The notes under the pieces are model-generated. The model searched no databases. It saw nothing but the letters and a program-made list of their open reading frames with translations, and had not been told where the DNA came from. Source: Octopus sinensis (taxonomy: Eukaryota). From it: a DNA stretch of 64,000 nt. A program made the translations under genes and the position numbers. This document shows positions 13,381 to 25,395 of the stretch, piece after piece. The number at the start of each line of letters is the position of its first letter. Position 1 is the first letter of the stretch. The stretch lies in the NCBI RefSeq assembly GCF_006345805.1, contig NC_043014.1:38378001-38442000 (forward strand), written 5' to 3'.

Positions 13381-13821
13381 ATTATTTACATTTGACAGAT
13401 ATTTTTCCTCATCTTATTTGTTGTCAACACAACGTTTTGGCCGATATACCCCACAGCCTTCAGGCATTTTGGGGAAATTTCGAACCTAGGTTCTCATTCC
13501 TAAGATATTTTTCAATGTTGTTGTTATTATTATTATTATTCGGGTCACTGCTTGGAATTGAATTTGGAATCTTGGGGCTAGTAGCCTGTGCTCTTAACCC
13601 CAAAATTCCGAGTTCAGTTCCAGGCAATGACCTGAATAATACTAATACTACTACTACTAATAGTAATAATAACAACAACAACATCGAAAAATACCTTAGG
13701 AATGAGAACCCAAGTTCGAAATTTCCCCAAGACACCTGATGAAGGCTGGAGGGTATATCAGCTGAAACATTGTGTTAACAACAAACAAGATGAGGACAAA
13801 TATCCATCAAATGTAAATAAT
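13381..13821. mobile_element. 441-bp fold-back element: two tRNA-headed, hammerhead-tailed units fused head to head
   Basis: Arms of about 200 bp are mutual reverse complements. The centre is tRNA-like (GGTTAAGAGC...; the two arms give consensus GAGTTCAATTCC, a B box). Hammerhead-like fold in the right arm. Confidence 0.7.
13731..13776 (+). ncRNA. Minimal type I hammerhead ribozyme-like motif
   Basis: GACAC-CTGATGA-A-GGCTG(gagggtatat)CAGCT-GAAA-CA-T-T-GTGTT. Stem I is 5 bp and the core is canonical with an extra A after A9. Stem III has a C.A mismatch (ACGT in the other arm). Confidence 0.6.
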
Positions 13822-14914
13822 GTACCTATAATATATATATATATCTTAATCACTAGCATGATACTAATGTCACTTTATAATCAATGAAGGTTCAACAAAA
13901 TATGAAGAAAAGTTGACTGGTACATTGGTAACCTTATAAACACACAAGAAGAAACTTATATTTTTATAATAATTTATTGATTTCGTAATTAATAGTATTT
14001 CTTCACTTTTCTTTCAATTGCAAAATAGAAATATGTTTGCAATATCTAGATCTGTGGAACTCTCAAAAAGCATGAATATATATATATGTACTTCTTATCA
14101 AATATTAAAACAAAATTTTTTTTTGTTTTTTGTAATTTATTTCTCTGAGAAAATGAATTTGTGTTTTAATTTATTGTATATGTAGTTTCTACTATGGGTA
14201 ATAAATAATCACAATCTGTTGATTTTAATTCTAGGCCAGCTAGCCCTTCTTCTCCTTCTTGTTCTTGTTCTTGTTCTTCTTGTTCTTGTTCTTGTTCTTG
14301 TTCTTCTTCTTCTTCTCCTCCCCTCCTCCTCCTCCTTGAAAATGAACACCATTTATGAAAGCAACTTGATTATATATTGTAATTTTGTGTTGTAACGACT
14401 ACTTTGAGGAATGCTTAGTGGATCCAACGCGTTCTGTTTGTGCTAAAAATGCATATTTTTTAAATTTATTTATTTGAATCATTAGACTGTGGCCATGCTG
14501 GGGCACCACCTTGAAAAATTTTTAGTTGAATGAATCAACTTATTTTCTTTTTAAGCATGGTTCTTTTTCTATCTGTCTCTTTTGCTGAACTGCTAAGTTA
14601 TGGGGATGTAAACACACCAACACCAGTTGTCAAGCAGTGGTGGGGGACAAACACACACACACACACATATGGCTGTGTGGTAAGAAGCTTGCTTCCCAAC
14701 CACATAGTTCCAGGTTCAGTCCTACTGCATGGCACCTCGGACAAGTACCTTCTATTATATATAGCCACTGGCGGACCAAAGCCTTGTGAATGGATTTGGT
14801 AGATGGAAACTGAAAGAAACCCATTGTGTATGTATATATATATATATATCATCACACACACACACGCACACATATAGGAAAGTATTGTAGGTCACTTGAA
14901 GCATTGTGCATTTG

Positions 14915-16073
14915 TCATCATCGTTTAATGTGCGCTTTCCATGCCGGCATGGGTTGGACAGTTTGGCTAAGGGCTGGTGAGCCAGAAGGCTGCACCAGGT
15001 TCCAATCTGATCTGGCTGAGTTTCTACAGCTGGATGCCCTTCCTAATGCCAACCACTCCGAGAGCATAGTGGATGCTTTTTATGTGCTATAGGCATGAGG
15101 GCCAGTCAGTCGGCACTGGCAATGACCACGCTTGAATGGTGTTTTTTACATGTCACCAGCACAGGTGCCAGTCAGGCAACACTAGTAACAATCACGCTTG
15201 AATGGTGCTTTTTATGTGTCACTGGCACAGGAGCCAGTCAGGCAGCACTAGCAACAATCATGCTTGAATGGTGCTTTTATCGTGCCACTGGCAGAGGTGC
15301 CAGTCAGGTGGTATTGCCATTGGCCACGATAATGATTTCACTTGCCTCAACAGGTCTTCGCAAGTGCAGTTTATTGCCCAATGATTGAAGGGTACTGTTA
15401 AATGGGCTGGTTATGTTGCACTGGCATAGTCCACAGTTATGGTCTCACTTGACTTGCCAGGTCTTCTCAAGCACAGCATATCTCCAAGGTCTTGGTTACT
15501 TGTCATTGCTTTGGTGAGGTCTAATGTTCGAAGGTCATGCTTCACCACCTCTTCCCAGGTCTTCTTGGGTCTACCTCTTCCACAAGTTCCCTCTACTGCT
15601 AGAGTGTGATGCTTTTTCACACAGCTGTCCTCATCGAGTTGCAACACATGACCATCCCAGTGCACTTGTCTCTCGTGCACACCACAGCTGATATTTCTTA
15701 AGTTCAACTTCTCTCTCAGGGCGCTTACACCCTATCGTGTATGAACACTGACATTACACATCCTGCGGAGCATACTGGCTTCATTCCTTGCAAACTTGCA
15801 CATGTCCTCAGCAGTTACAGCCCATGTTTCACTGCCATGTAGCATGGCTGTTTGCACAAATGTGTCATACAGTCTACCTTTTACTCTGAGCAAGAGGCCC
15901 TTTGTAACCAGCAGAGGTAAAAGCTCTTTGAACTTTGCCCAGGCTATTCTTACTCTAGCAGCTACACTTTCAGAGCATTCACCCCAGCTACTGACTTGGT
16001 GACCTAGGTAATGGAAGCTATCAACTACTTGTAGTTTTTCTCCCTGGAATGCGACAGAAGCTGTTTTCTGCAC
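14915..16073 (-). mobile_element. 5'-truncated, frameshifted RTE-like LINE (RT C-terminus plus 3'UTR)
   Basis: HYLG...RVRIAWAKFKEL...KGRLYDTFVQTAMLHGSETWA... and HWDGHV...GRGRPKKTW. The 3'UTR has internal ~45-bp tandem repeats and a GAT-type tail. Confidence 0.85.
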
Positions 16074-17929
16074 ATATATATATATATATTATAAAGTTTA
16101 AATTTCTTATGAAGTATGTTTTTTAAGTATACTTCACAATATTTATATGAATATATATTTCATTGTGTGTTTTACATTATGCTTTGGAATTTGTATTGAT
16201 CGCCTTAGATGTGTTCCTTCTATAATTTTCCTTATCCTTATGTGTGTGTGTGTGTGTGTGTGTGTAGATAAGGTTGTGTGGCTAAGAAGCTTGCTTTGCA
16301 GCCATGTAAGGTTTAGTTCAGGTTTAGTTCTGCTAAAGCATTGGAAATGAATTTGGTAGACAGTAACTGTGAGGAAGCCCTTTCTGTGTGCATATGTGTG
16401 TGCGTGCATGTGGCTATATGTGTGTATATGTAAGCATTTATGTTTGTCCCCTCTTCACCAGTTGACAGCCAAAGGAATTAAGAAACCTACATCGTGTGTA
16501 TGTAAATGTCTTCAAAGTGTAACTGGACGTTCTACTGTCTAGAATTCCAAATGAATCTTCTTCAGAGCAGGAGACACACAACTAAGGATGATAACTTCAG
16601 ACTCCCTTATTCATCAAATACCAACTAAGGAAGGAGGATCAGTGTAATTGTAACAACACCAACAAGAATTTGCTTCAGAGAATTATTACCTACCTGGTAA
16701 CAAGGGTTGGCGACAGTGATGCATTCGGTTGTAGAAAATTTGCCTCAAAGGCCCATGGGAAAGTAAACATTAAAATGATGAAAAGGAGTTACTGTTTTAA
16801 AGTGTGTATACACGACAACATCTCTATATGTTTTCTTTTCTAACCTTGCCTCTCAGACTCAGTGTTTCCGACTCTGTTCTTTTCTTCGATGTTCTTCCTC
16901 TGTAATTATTCCACATCTTTCACTGATAGCAGTTGGATTTCTCTAAGCAACACAAAGCTTTCATCTGTATATATAAAAGACAGGATGTGCGTGTGCCTGT
17001 ATGTGTGTACGTGAATGTAATTTATGCACGTCCACAAATTAGCACGCATGTCGTTCCATTTTTAGGAGGACATTCGTCATGACCCTAGCTGTATTTTCGT
17101 CGACTTATTTTCACAAGAGGCACCAGCGAATAGCAGTAAAAATAAATTTTCTATCAAACCTGTTAACAATTTTCAAGTCGGAGAAATCACCATTGTTTGA
17201 AAACTGGAGTTAAGTCCCCTTCTAGTGACGAGGAAGTTTTTTTGTTAAGTTGTTGTTTTTTCCATCGAGGAAAAAAGTGTTTTATTGATATACAGGTAAC
17301 ACACACACACACACACACGAACATGTATGCAATAGGTGTACGTACGTACGTGTGTGTGTGTGTTTTACACACATACACGGATTTGCCCAAATTTGACGTC
17401 GATGTTACTTAGTTTGGTTTGAAAGGAGTGGCTGTGTGGTAAGTACCTTGCTTACCAACCACATGGTTCCGGGTTCAGTCCCACTGCATGGCATCTTGGG
17501 CAAGTGTCTTCAACTATAGTCTCGGGCCGACCAAACTGAAAGAAGCCTGTCGTATAGATGTATATATATATATATATGTTTGTGTGTCTGTGTTTGTCCC
17601 CTTAGCATTGCTTGACAACCGATGCTGGTGTGTTTACGTCGCCGTCACTTAGCGGTTCGGCAAAAGAGACCGATAGAATAAGTACTGGGCTTACAAAGAA
17701 TAAGTCCCGGGGTCGATTTGCTCGACTAAAGGCGGTGCTCCAGCATGGCCGCAGTCAAATGACTGAAACAAGTAAAAGAAAGAGCTTGATTATACTGTGA
17801 GTTATCCTTATTTTCACATTCTTTGCTGATACGCACAAGGGAGACTACTCTTGTTCACTTTGCTAAATTTACCTCCCATATGGTAACTGGGAGTAGTTAG
17901 CGATTCCATTGCCAGTTAATAGCAGTAGG

Positions 17930-18300
17930 AGGCGCAATGGCCCAGTGGCTAGGGCAGCGGACTCGCGGTTTCGATTCCCAGACCGGGCGTTGTGAGTGTT
18001 TATTGAGCGAAAACACTTAAAGCTCCACGAGGCTCCGGCAGGGATGGTGGTGATCCCTGCTGTACTCTTTCACCACAACTTTCTCTCTCACTCTTACTTC
18101 CTGTTTCTGTTGTACCTGTATTTCAAAGGGCCGGCCTTGTCACTCTCTGTGTCACGCTGAATATCCCCCGAGAACTACGTTAAGGGTACACGTGTCTGTG
18201 GAGTGCTCAGCCACTTACACGTTAATTTCACGAACAGGCTGTTCCGTTGATCTGATCGGATCAACCGGAACCCTCGCCGTGGTAATCGACGGAATGCTTC
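17930..18300 (+). mobile_element. tRNA-derived SINE family B, representative copy
   Basis: Head ggaggcgcaatggcccagtgg..gtttcgattcccagacc. Approximate other copies: 42670-43043(-), 49720-50100(-), 52345-52722(-), 59357-59670(+), 2676-2780(+, deleted). Confidence 0.85.
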
Positions 18301-19069
18301 CAATAGCAGTAGCAGTCAGCGGTCAGTCAACCCACCAATGTGGTCTGAACTAGTTAATAAACATGAGTTTTACTCACCACATAATTGAGCAGTGTCACCC
18401 ATTGCCAAGCTATGGCTCCAATATTTTAACAAATAATTAAGGCTCGTGGCTTAGTGATTAGGGTATTCGTCTCGCGATCGTAAGGTCATGTGTTCAATTC
18501 TCGGCGACGCATTGCGTCCTTGGGCAAGAATCTTTATTTCACGTTGTTCCAGCCCACGCAGCTGGTAAGAATGAGTTGTACCTGTATTTCAAAGGACCAG
18601 CTTTGTCACATTCTGTGTCACCCCAAATTTCCCTGAGAACTACATTAATGGTATGCTGGCAGAAACGTTAGCACACCGGGCGAAATGCTTTGCAGTATTT
18701 CGTCTGCCGCAAAGTTCTGAGTTCAATTCTTGCCGAGGTCGACTTTGTCTTTCAAACTTCCGGGGTCGATTAAATGAGTACCAGATATAATCGACTTAAA
18801 CCGTTTGTCTGTCCTTATTCGTCCCCTCTGTGTTTAGCCCCTTGTGGGTAGTAAAGAAATAGAAATAGGTATGCTTCTCTGTGGAGTACTCAGCCACTTG
18901 CACGTTAATTTGACGCGCAGGCCGTTCCGTTGGTCGCATCAGCCGGAACCCACGTTGTCGTAACCGACGAAGTGCCTGTTATTTTATTAACCTTGGTAGT
19001 ATTGGGTTGTCCGGGACAGTTCGTGCCGATTTTTAAAGGAAAGAAAAGGTCAATAAATACTTGCCATTA

Positions 19070-19345
19070 CATCTTTAGTCAACCAAATATGAACCATTTT
19101 GTTACATCATGCGTCTACATCTTTCCTTTAACTTGAAAATATCCTCTTCCCAGAATTGAGGTGGTTTCATGGCAAAGAAATTCATCAAGGTATCTTTTTA
19201 CGTCATCCAAGGAATTGAAATTTTTACCTTAAGACTATTCTGCAGAGACCTGAATAAGTGGAAATCCGAAGGAGCAATATCTGGTGAATATGGAGGGTGG
19301 GGTAATATATCCCAGCCGAGCTGCAGCAATTTTTGTATGGTTCCC
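19070..19345 (-). mobile_element. Mariner transposase C-terminal relic
   Basis: QKLLQLGWDILPHPPYSPDIAPSDFHLFRSLQNSL, then a frameshift, then ...QNGSYLVD*. YSPD(I/L)APSD is the mariner motif. Confidence 0.85.
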
Positions 19346-19697
19346 AAAGCATCAAGTGCCGAAAATGACCTTTCTTATCTTCCATTGTAAAGGGTTACAA
19401 AATTAATACAGGTTATAGAAACACAAACCTTCTTCCACGAAAAGATAGCTTAAAATGTACTCTAAATGGAGGTGTAGTCAAATCCTATTTTATGGATTCA
19501 ACCATGTTCTAAAATAAGTTGAAAGGTAAGCTACTATAAATCGGCACAGACTTTCCAGACAACCCAGTAATTTGGTTAAGGATCCTCAGAGAAGTCAATT
19601 GAAGTTTACTATCTCTGTCACATCGAGCACCAAATACAGGCACCACTCGTGTGTGTGTGTGTATATGTATGTATATATATATATATATAATATATAT

Positions 19698-19760
<63 letters not shown>

Positions 19761-20621
19761 ATATATATATATATATATCAACCAATGTCTTTAAAACTGC
19801 TTCTTTTGACATCAAGATGTTTCCTTGTTTCCTTAAAAGATAACAAAAGAGTCCCTGTGTGTGTGTGTCTGACTTGCTATAAACAGAAACCTAATCTACT
19901 TCGAAATTATGAACCATATCAAGAAAGGAAAGGACTGATTGAGTAGCGTTGTGCGAGATGATACTGCATTGTGCCTGAAAAGAAGATAACCGGAATTCTG
20001 TCGGTTACGACGACGAGGGTTCCGGTTGATTCGATCAACGGAACAGCCTGCCACAGAAATTAATGTGCAAGTGGCTGAGCACGCTACAGGCACGCGTATC
20101 CTTAACGCAGTTCTTAGGAGATTCGGCGTGACACAGAACGTGACAAGGCCGGCCCCTTGAAGTACAGGTACTACTCATTTTTGCCAGATGATTAGACTGG
20201 AGCAGTGTGAAATAAAATGTCTTGCTCAAGGACACAACGCGCCGCCGTGAATCGAACTCACGATTGTGAACCAAATGCCCAAACCACCGAGTCGCGCGCC
20301 GTCACGGAAAGAAGTTGGGGTGGTCATAACAGCCGAACGCATCTGAACAATTGCTTCCTTTATTCACTCGACGTCACCTTTTCCAATTAATTACTCTTTT
20401 GCTGGTTCCAACCACTGGCTTGTGACCATACTGGGACACCACCATAAAAAAAATTGAAGAAGTACCAATTGCTGATAGTTCCTGATTTTTGTTGTATTTG
20501 TACAAACTCAAATGTGATCTCTGTTGAATGAATAATTAGTGTGCTGGACAACATGTCAAAGAGTCGGTGGTACGTGTCTCGTTACTGGTAGGACTCCGTA
20601 ACCATAAATTTATTTTGCACG

Positions 20622-21015
20622 TAGGAGTGGCTGTGTGGTAAGTAGCTTGCTTACCAACCACATGGTTCCGGCTTCAGTACCACTGCGTGGAACCTTGGGC
20701 AAGTGTCTTCTACTATAGTCTCGGGCCGACCAAAGCCTTGTGAGTGGATTTGGTAGACGGAAACTGAAAGAAACCCGTCGTATATATGTATACACACACA
20801 TGTATGTATGTATGTATGTGTGTCTGTGTTTGCCCCCCCCAACAACGCTTGACATCCGATGCTGGTGTGTTTACGTCCCCGTAACTTAGCGGTTCGGCAA
20901 AAGAGACCGATAGAATAAGTACTAGGCTTACAAAGAATAAGTCCCAGGGTCGATTTGCTCGGCTAAAGGCAGTGCTCCAGCATGGTCACAGTCAAATGAC
21001 TGAAACAAGTAAAAG
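20622..21015 (+). mobile_element. tRNA-derived SINE family A, representative copy of about 20
   Basis: Head aggagtggctgtgtggtaag..ggttcagtcccac, internal (TA)n/(TG)n tract, tail gaaacaagtaaaaga. Approximate other copies: 1090-1449(-), 3785-4160(-), 4763-5335(-), 5995-6430(+), 17424-17780(+), 31305-31720(-), 36288-36730(+), 46140-46565(-), 49075-49472(-), 51047-51510(+), 53010-53395(-), 53975-54450(+). Confidence 0.88.
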
Positions 21016-21880
21016 AGACCTGTTACAACTAGCTGTGCAATAGGTACCTTGAAAAGTATGGTTTGCCTCTTTAAGATGGTAGCAAGTTGGATAATTATTT
21101 TAATTAACAGGTTTTGGGTTTTTGACTCATGTTGCGATATGCATAAACATTTTATAATTACGCCGCCAGCGAACACTTTATGAAAATTGGAGGGAGTTGT
21201 CCGCTAATGAGTTTTCAACAAACTATAAAATATGTTAGGGCAATCTCCTTTATTTTTCCAGCTCAGAAAAGAATAAGTTGTTTTTACATCTGTTTAAAGT
21301 TTCACAGCAAAGGTTTCAACAATTGTTGTTGAACTACCTTAAATATATGTTAAGATTTTAATAAACACCGTGTTATACATATACGTTTATTAATAGTTTA
21401 ATCACATCGAAGGCGAATGAATAGTATGCAAATTAGCCTAGCTATTACTGCTAAATCCCCGTTTGTTTGTTGTAAATAGCAATTTACAAGTTCAGTTCGT
21501 TAGCTGCATGATGAGGACGCACACGTCCTCTGATGAGTGACGAACTAACCGCAAAACCTGTCAGGTCAATATCTTTTGTTTTTCTAAACGCGAAAAGAAT
21601 AACAAGATATATTTACATATATTCAGTTTCACAGCAAAGGTTTAACTACTTAACGTTACCTTACGATTCTAATGCAAGCTGTGTGATGCATGATTATTTG
21701 ATTAATCACTAGAAGTTTTGTTAGCTTCATTGAGATCCAGCGAGGAAACCTTCAGTTGTATCGTCCCTCAAAATAATTTGAAACCGTCAGGGTCACTAAC
21801 ACTGTAATTTTCTCAAGATAACGGCATAGAGAAGTTAATAATAATAATAATAATCCTTTCTACTATAGGCACAAGGCCTG

Positions 21881-21911
<31 letters not shown>

Positions 21912-21913
<2 letters not shown>

Positions 21914-22466
21914 CCCTGATGCAGTACCAGGCAGTGGCTCTCATGGCTTCTGATTTTAACTGATTGGAAGTGTTATCATGTACATTGTTTTGTCTTGGTA
22001 TAAAAGATGGGCTACAGCAAATATTCTGCTCAATACCACAGATTTGCTTGTCAGTTGTTTGACCTTAATCAGTTGATCATGTCCCTTAGTGGCTGACGAT
22101 ATGTGCATCTCTGATCACGAGCAGAAGTAGTGGGGGAGCATCATAGCCATGTGTTGAGAGGGATTCTTTGGGGTTTGAATAATTCACCTCTGGAAACATG
22201 GGTGGTTCTTTCAACATCCTTAAACAACCCTTATTCAGGGACCTTTTGAGCGGGATGGGCTACTCAACCTGAAGAAAATTCTAACTGGGCCCCACCTGCA
22301 AGGTCATGTGCTTTTTATCTTGATATGAGATCACCATGTCGCGCACATATGGTTGTGATGCATGTGCCTAGTGTACCCTTATCAGACGGGTAGTCTTGAT
22401 GGTTATACCGGGCTTCGTATATTTTACCCCAGTGTCAATTTGATGGCATGCACTGCTCTCTCACTC

Positions 22467-22467
<1 letters not shown>
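21912..22467. repeat. 556-bp interspersed element flanked by AAT microsatellite (inverted copies at 40556-41111 and 41437-41991)
   Basis: Three near-identical full-length copies with the same ends, no TIR and no ORF, each bordered by AAT/ATT-rich repeats. Confidence 0.8.
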
Positions 22468-22507
<40 letters not shown>

Positions 22508-22558
22508 TAGTAAAAACGGAAAAGAAGATGAGAGGAAATAAAGCAGACAAGGAAAATA

Positions 22559-22639
22559 TTTATTCACAATCATATTCCATATACATTTATATATTCATTT
22601 CATTATCATCTTCGTTGTCTTGTGCTTATATCCTTTATT
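22559..22639 (-). terminator. Candidate poly(A) signals of the peroxidase gene
   Basis: AATAAA overlapping the stop codon (22639-22634) and a second at 22564-22559. Confidence 0.45.
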
Positions 22640-22845
22640 GCTGAGCTCGATTTCGACACACTTGTACTTGGGTTTCTTCTGCTACCCCGTCGCAAGAACA
22701 AGGACCATCAACTGGGGCGGCACAAGCTCTAGTTCGACTCATCTGGCCATCAGCGCAAGCAGTCCAAGCAGACCAAACACCGTAACTTCTCACCAGAGCG
22801 CAGACATCAGCAGATGGCAAACTGTTACAGTTGACCAAGGGGTTA
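22635..22845 (-). CDS. Peroxidase-family gene, exon 14 (end of peroxidase domain, TSP1-like tail, stop)
   Basis: ttttttcaacag|, 211 nt. Encodes NPLVNCNSLPSADVCALVRSYGVWSAWTACADGQMSRTRACAAPVDGPCSCDGVAEETQVQVCRNRAQQ*. The 14 exons sum to 2796 nt = 931 aa plus stop. Confidence 0.9.
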
Positions 22846-22896
22846 CTGTTGAAAAAAAAAAGAAAAAGAAAATAGATAGAAAAATGTACTATTAAA

Positions 22897-22976
<80 letters not shown>

Positions 22977-23189
22977 GGAAAGTTTACGAAAATAAACAAA
23001 AGACGAAGGCAGGTGGAGTACAAACAGACAAACGTATTAGTATAGCGCTCAGGAATAGAAAAAGTCTTTTACGTTTCGAGCCTACGCTCTTCGACATATA
23101 TATACATATGGGGTGGGGGTATGTGGTACAAAGGTAAGTCTCCAGCAGCCTGTAGAAGGTATAAAAAAACAACTTTCAGGAACAATAGT

Positions 23190-23220
<31 letters not shown>

Positions 23221-23811
23221 TAGTTGTAACGCTACATATGTGACTCAAGTGCCTAGAGTTTCGTACACGACGCCAAATAATTCGCGCATATATACACACA
23301 TACATACATACTAATGTACTAGTAGTGACTTAGTCAAATATTGAAGTTCAACTACCGTGGCTTTTCTTAGAGCCTTGTTTATTAGTGGGTGGAAGTTATC
23401 TACTGCTCAGATGCACGAATTCTTGCAGCCGAGTGGTCTTTGTTGAAAGACATTCAAGGCCCAGGTGGTAGTGGTGGTGTTAAACAGCCTGGCAGATCAA
23501 GTGAACTCAAAATATATACAGTTAGGTCAGCCTAATGTGTATGTATGTACGTATGTATGTGTGTGTATTTTGTATGTTTTTAGCTAAGGCCATGCTGGAC
23601 CACCATCTTGCTTTTCATACGACACACACACACACACACACACATGTACGCACGTATGTATAATGGAGTTGTCCAATATTCTTTTCCCGACTTTCTCCTG
23701 AAACATCATATTGTATACGTGTGACATATGTTCATGTTCATGCTGTCAATTCTCTCTCACCAATCGAAAGTACCACGAAACAGCTCAAGATTATCTCAGA
23801 TAAACATGTGA

Positions 23812-24189
23812 CTAGTTATATATTAACAACGGTGCTGAGTTGTCAAACATTTAAACCAAATTTTTTGGTCTCTTAAATATATTGCATTTTGTGGCATTAT
23901 TTCAAGCCAACCGGCTTTTTTTGCGCAAACTGCACGTGCATTTTTCTCGCGTTCGCGTAGTATCGATCGCAACAGCTGATGTACTTGCGCGTACAAATGC
24001 ACGTTCCCACGGCTTTATCGATCGCATTCTCACTTGAAATCGATTTTTGTAATTTTTTCAGGACTTATAATGCCCTAATACCGTCGGTATTTACATATCA
24101 AATTTGAGCGCAATCGGATGGAGGATGCCCGAGATCCTAGAAGACACACACACACACACAGACAGACAGAACTGATTTTATATAACAGA
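23812..24189 (-). mobile_element. Non-autonomous Helitron, peroxidase intron 13
   Basis: Minus-strand 5' A|TCTGTTATATAAAATCAG followed by a TGTC/TG microsatellite. 3' GACAAC..GTTGTT hairpin then CTAG|T. Confidence 0.65.
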
Positions 24190-24357
24190 TTAACATCGGT
24201 GGAGAAGTACAACTCATAAGAGCACCTTTTTAAAAGCCAGCTATTTGTTTACTAAATTTCTTCATCTCTGATGACAGAATATACCATATATTCACCTAAG
24301 TGAACAACATATACTGTAACATAAAATGAAATTATATGAAAAATAAACAAAACTTAC

Positions 24358-24460
24358 GTGTCAGAGATTTGCAGAAAAGCATCAGCTTGGATCTGTTCGA
24401 TGTTGGTGTTGTCACAGATTAATCGAGACATTGTAACGTTTCTTACAGCAGCCAAAGTAT
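24358..24460 (-). CDS. Peroxidase-family gene, exon 13
   Basis: ttccattgtag|...ACAC|gtaagt, 103 nt. Encodes DTLAAVRNVTMSRLICDNTNIEQIQADAFLQISD. Confidence 0.93.
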
Positions 24461-24789
24461 CTACAATGGAATATTGTTACAGAGGGATATTATAGGCCAG
24501 AAATCCAACTGTTAGAAATATCTTTACCCGAAAATAACCCCGTACATCACTTAATCTATTCTCTCTTCCCCTGTGTAGGCAATTTAACTGACTGAATTGA
24601 CTCCAAGTAACATTAGAGATTCACGACGAAGTATCTCGTTTTGTCTGACTCACTACCGAGATATCACATTTTGTTTGACTTTCTATCGAAATACCACATT
24701 TTGTGTGACTCTACTGATTCCGGCATCCTAACGCCGTTCTAATTTAAACGTACATAAAAGCTGGTCATTAAAAAAGAAATTTGTATTAC

Positions 24790-24956
24790 CGAGCGATAAC
24801 TGGTTGGGTCCGGCATTTTCGTACCAGAATCTGTCTCCGACTTTCAAAGCTTGGAACTGTCGTGCTGTAATGCAAGCTAATGTAGGACCAACATCGCCAC
24901 CTGCAACTTGGATTTCGGACACACCACCACTCCATACGTCAATATCGGCAACATTC
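24790..24956 (-). CDS. Peroxidase-family gene, exon 12
   Basis: atttttcag|...CTCG|gtaata, 167 nt. Encodes NVADIDVWSGGVSE...VGPTLACITARQFQALKVGDRFWYEN. Confidence 0.95.
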
Positions 24957-25395
24957 CTGAAAAATGTAAAGACAAAAATGTGTTATTAGTATAAATGGGG
25001 GTAATGGGAGAAAATGAGGTCTCATACATGCAGAAATGTGTTTGTTTGGGTGTATGCTTAAAACGTTGGCTTTTCAAATTTCAGGTTCAGTCTTATTGCG
25101 CGGTTTCTTGGGCATATGTCTTTTAGCCCCGAGTCAACTATGTGAGTGAATTTGGTAGACGGAATCTGTGTGGAAGTCCATCATACATATATATGGTGTG
25201 TGTGTGTGTAGGATTGGATGTGGGGTAAGTAGCTTGCTTACCAGCCACATGGTTCCGGGTTCAGACCCACTGCGTGACACCTTGGGCAAGTGTCTTCTAC
25301 TATAACCTCGGGCCGACCAAAGCCTTGTGAGTGGATTTGGTAGACGGAAACAGAAGCCCGTCGTATATATGTTTGTATATATATATATATATATA

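Noticed and set aside
17930-18000. tRNA genes at SINE heads
   Set aside because: A/B boxes are present but there is no complete cloverleaf, and each runs into a SINE body.
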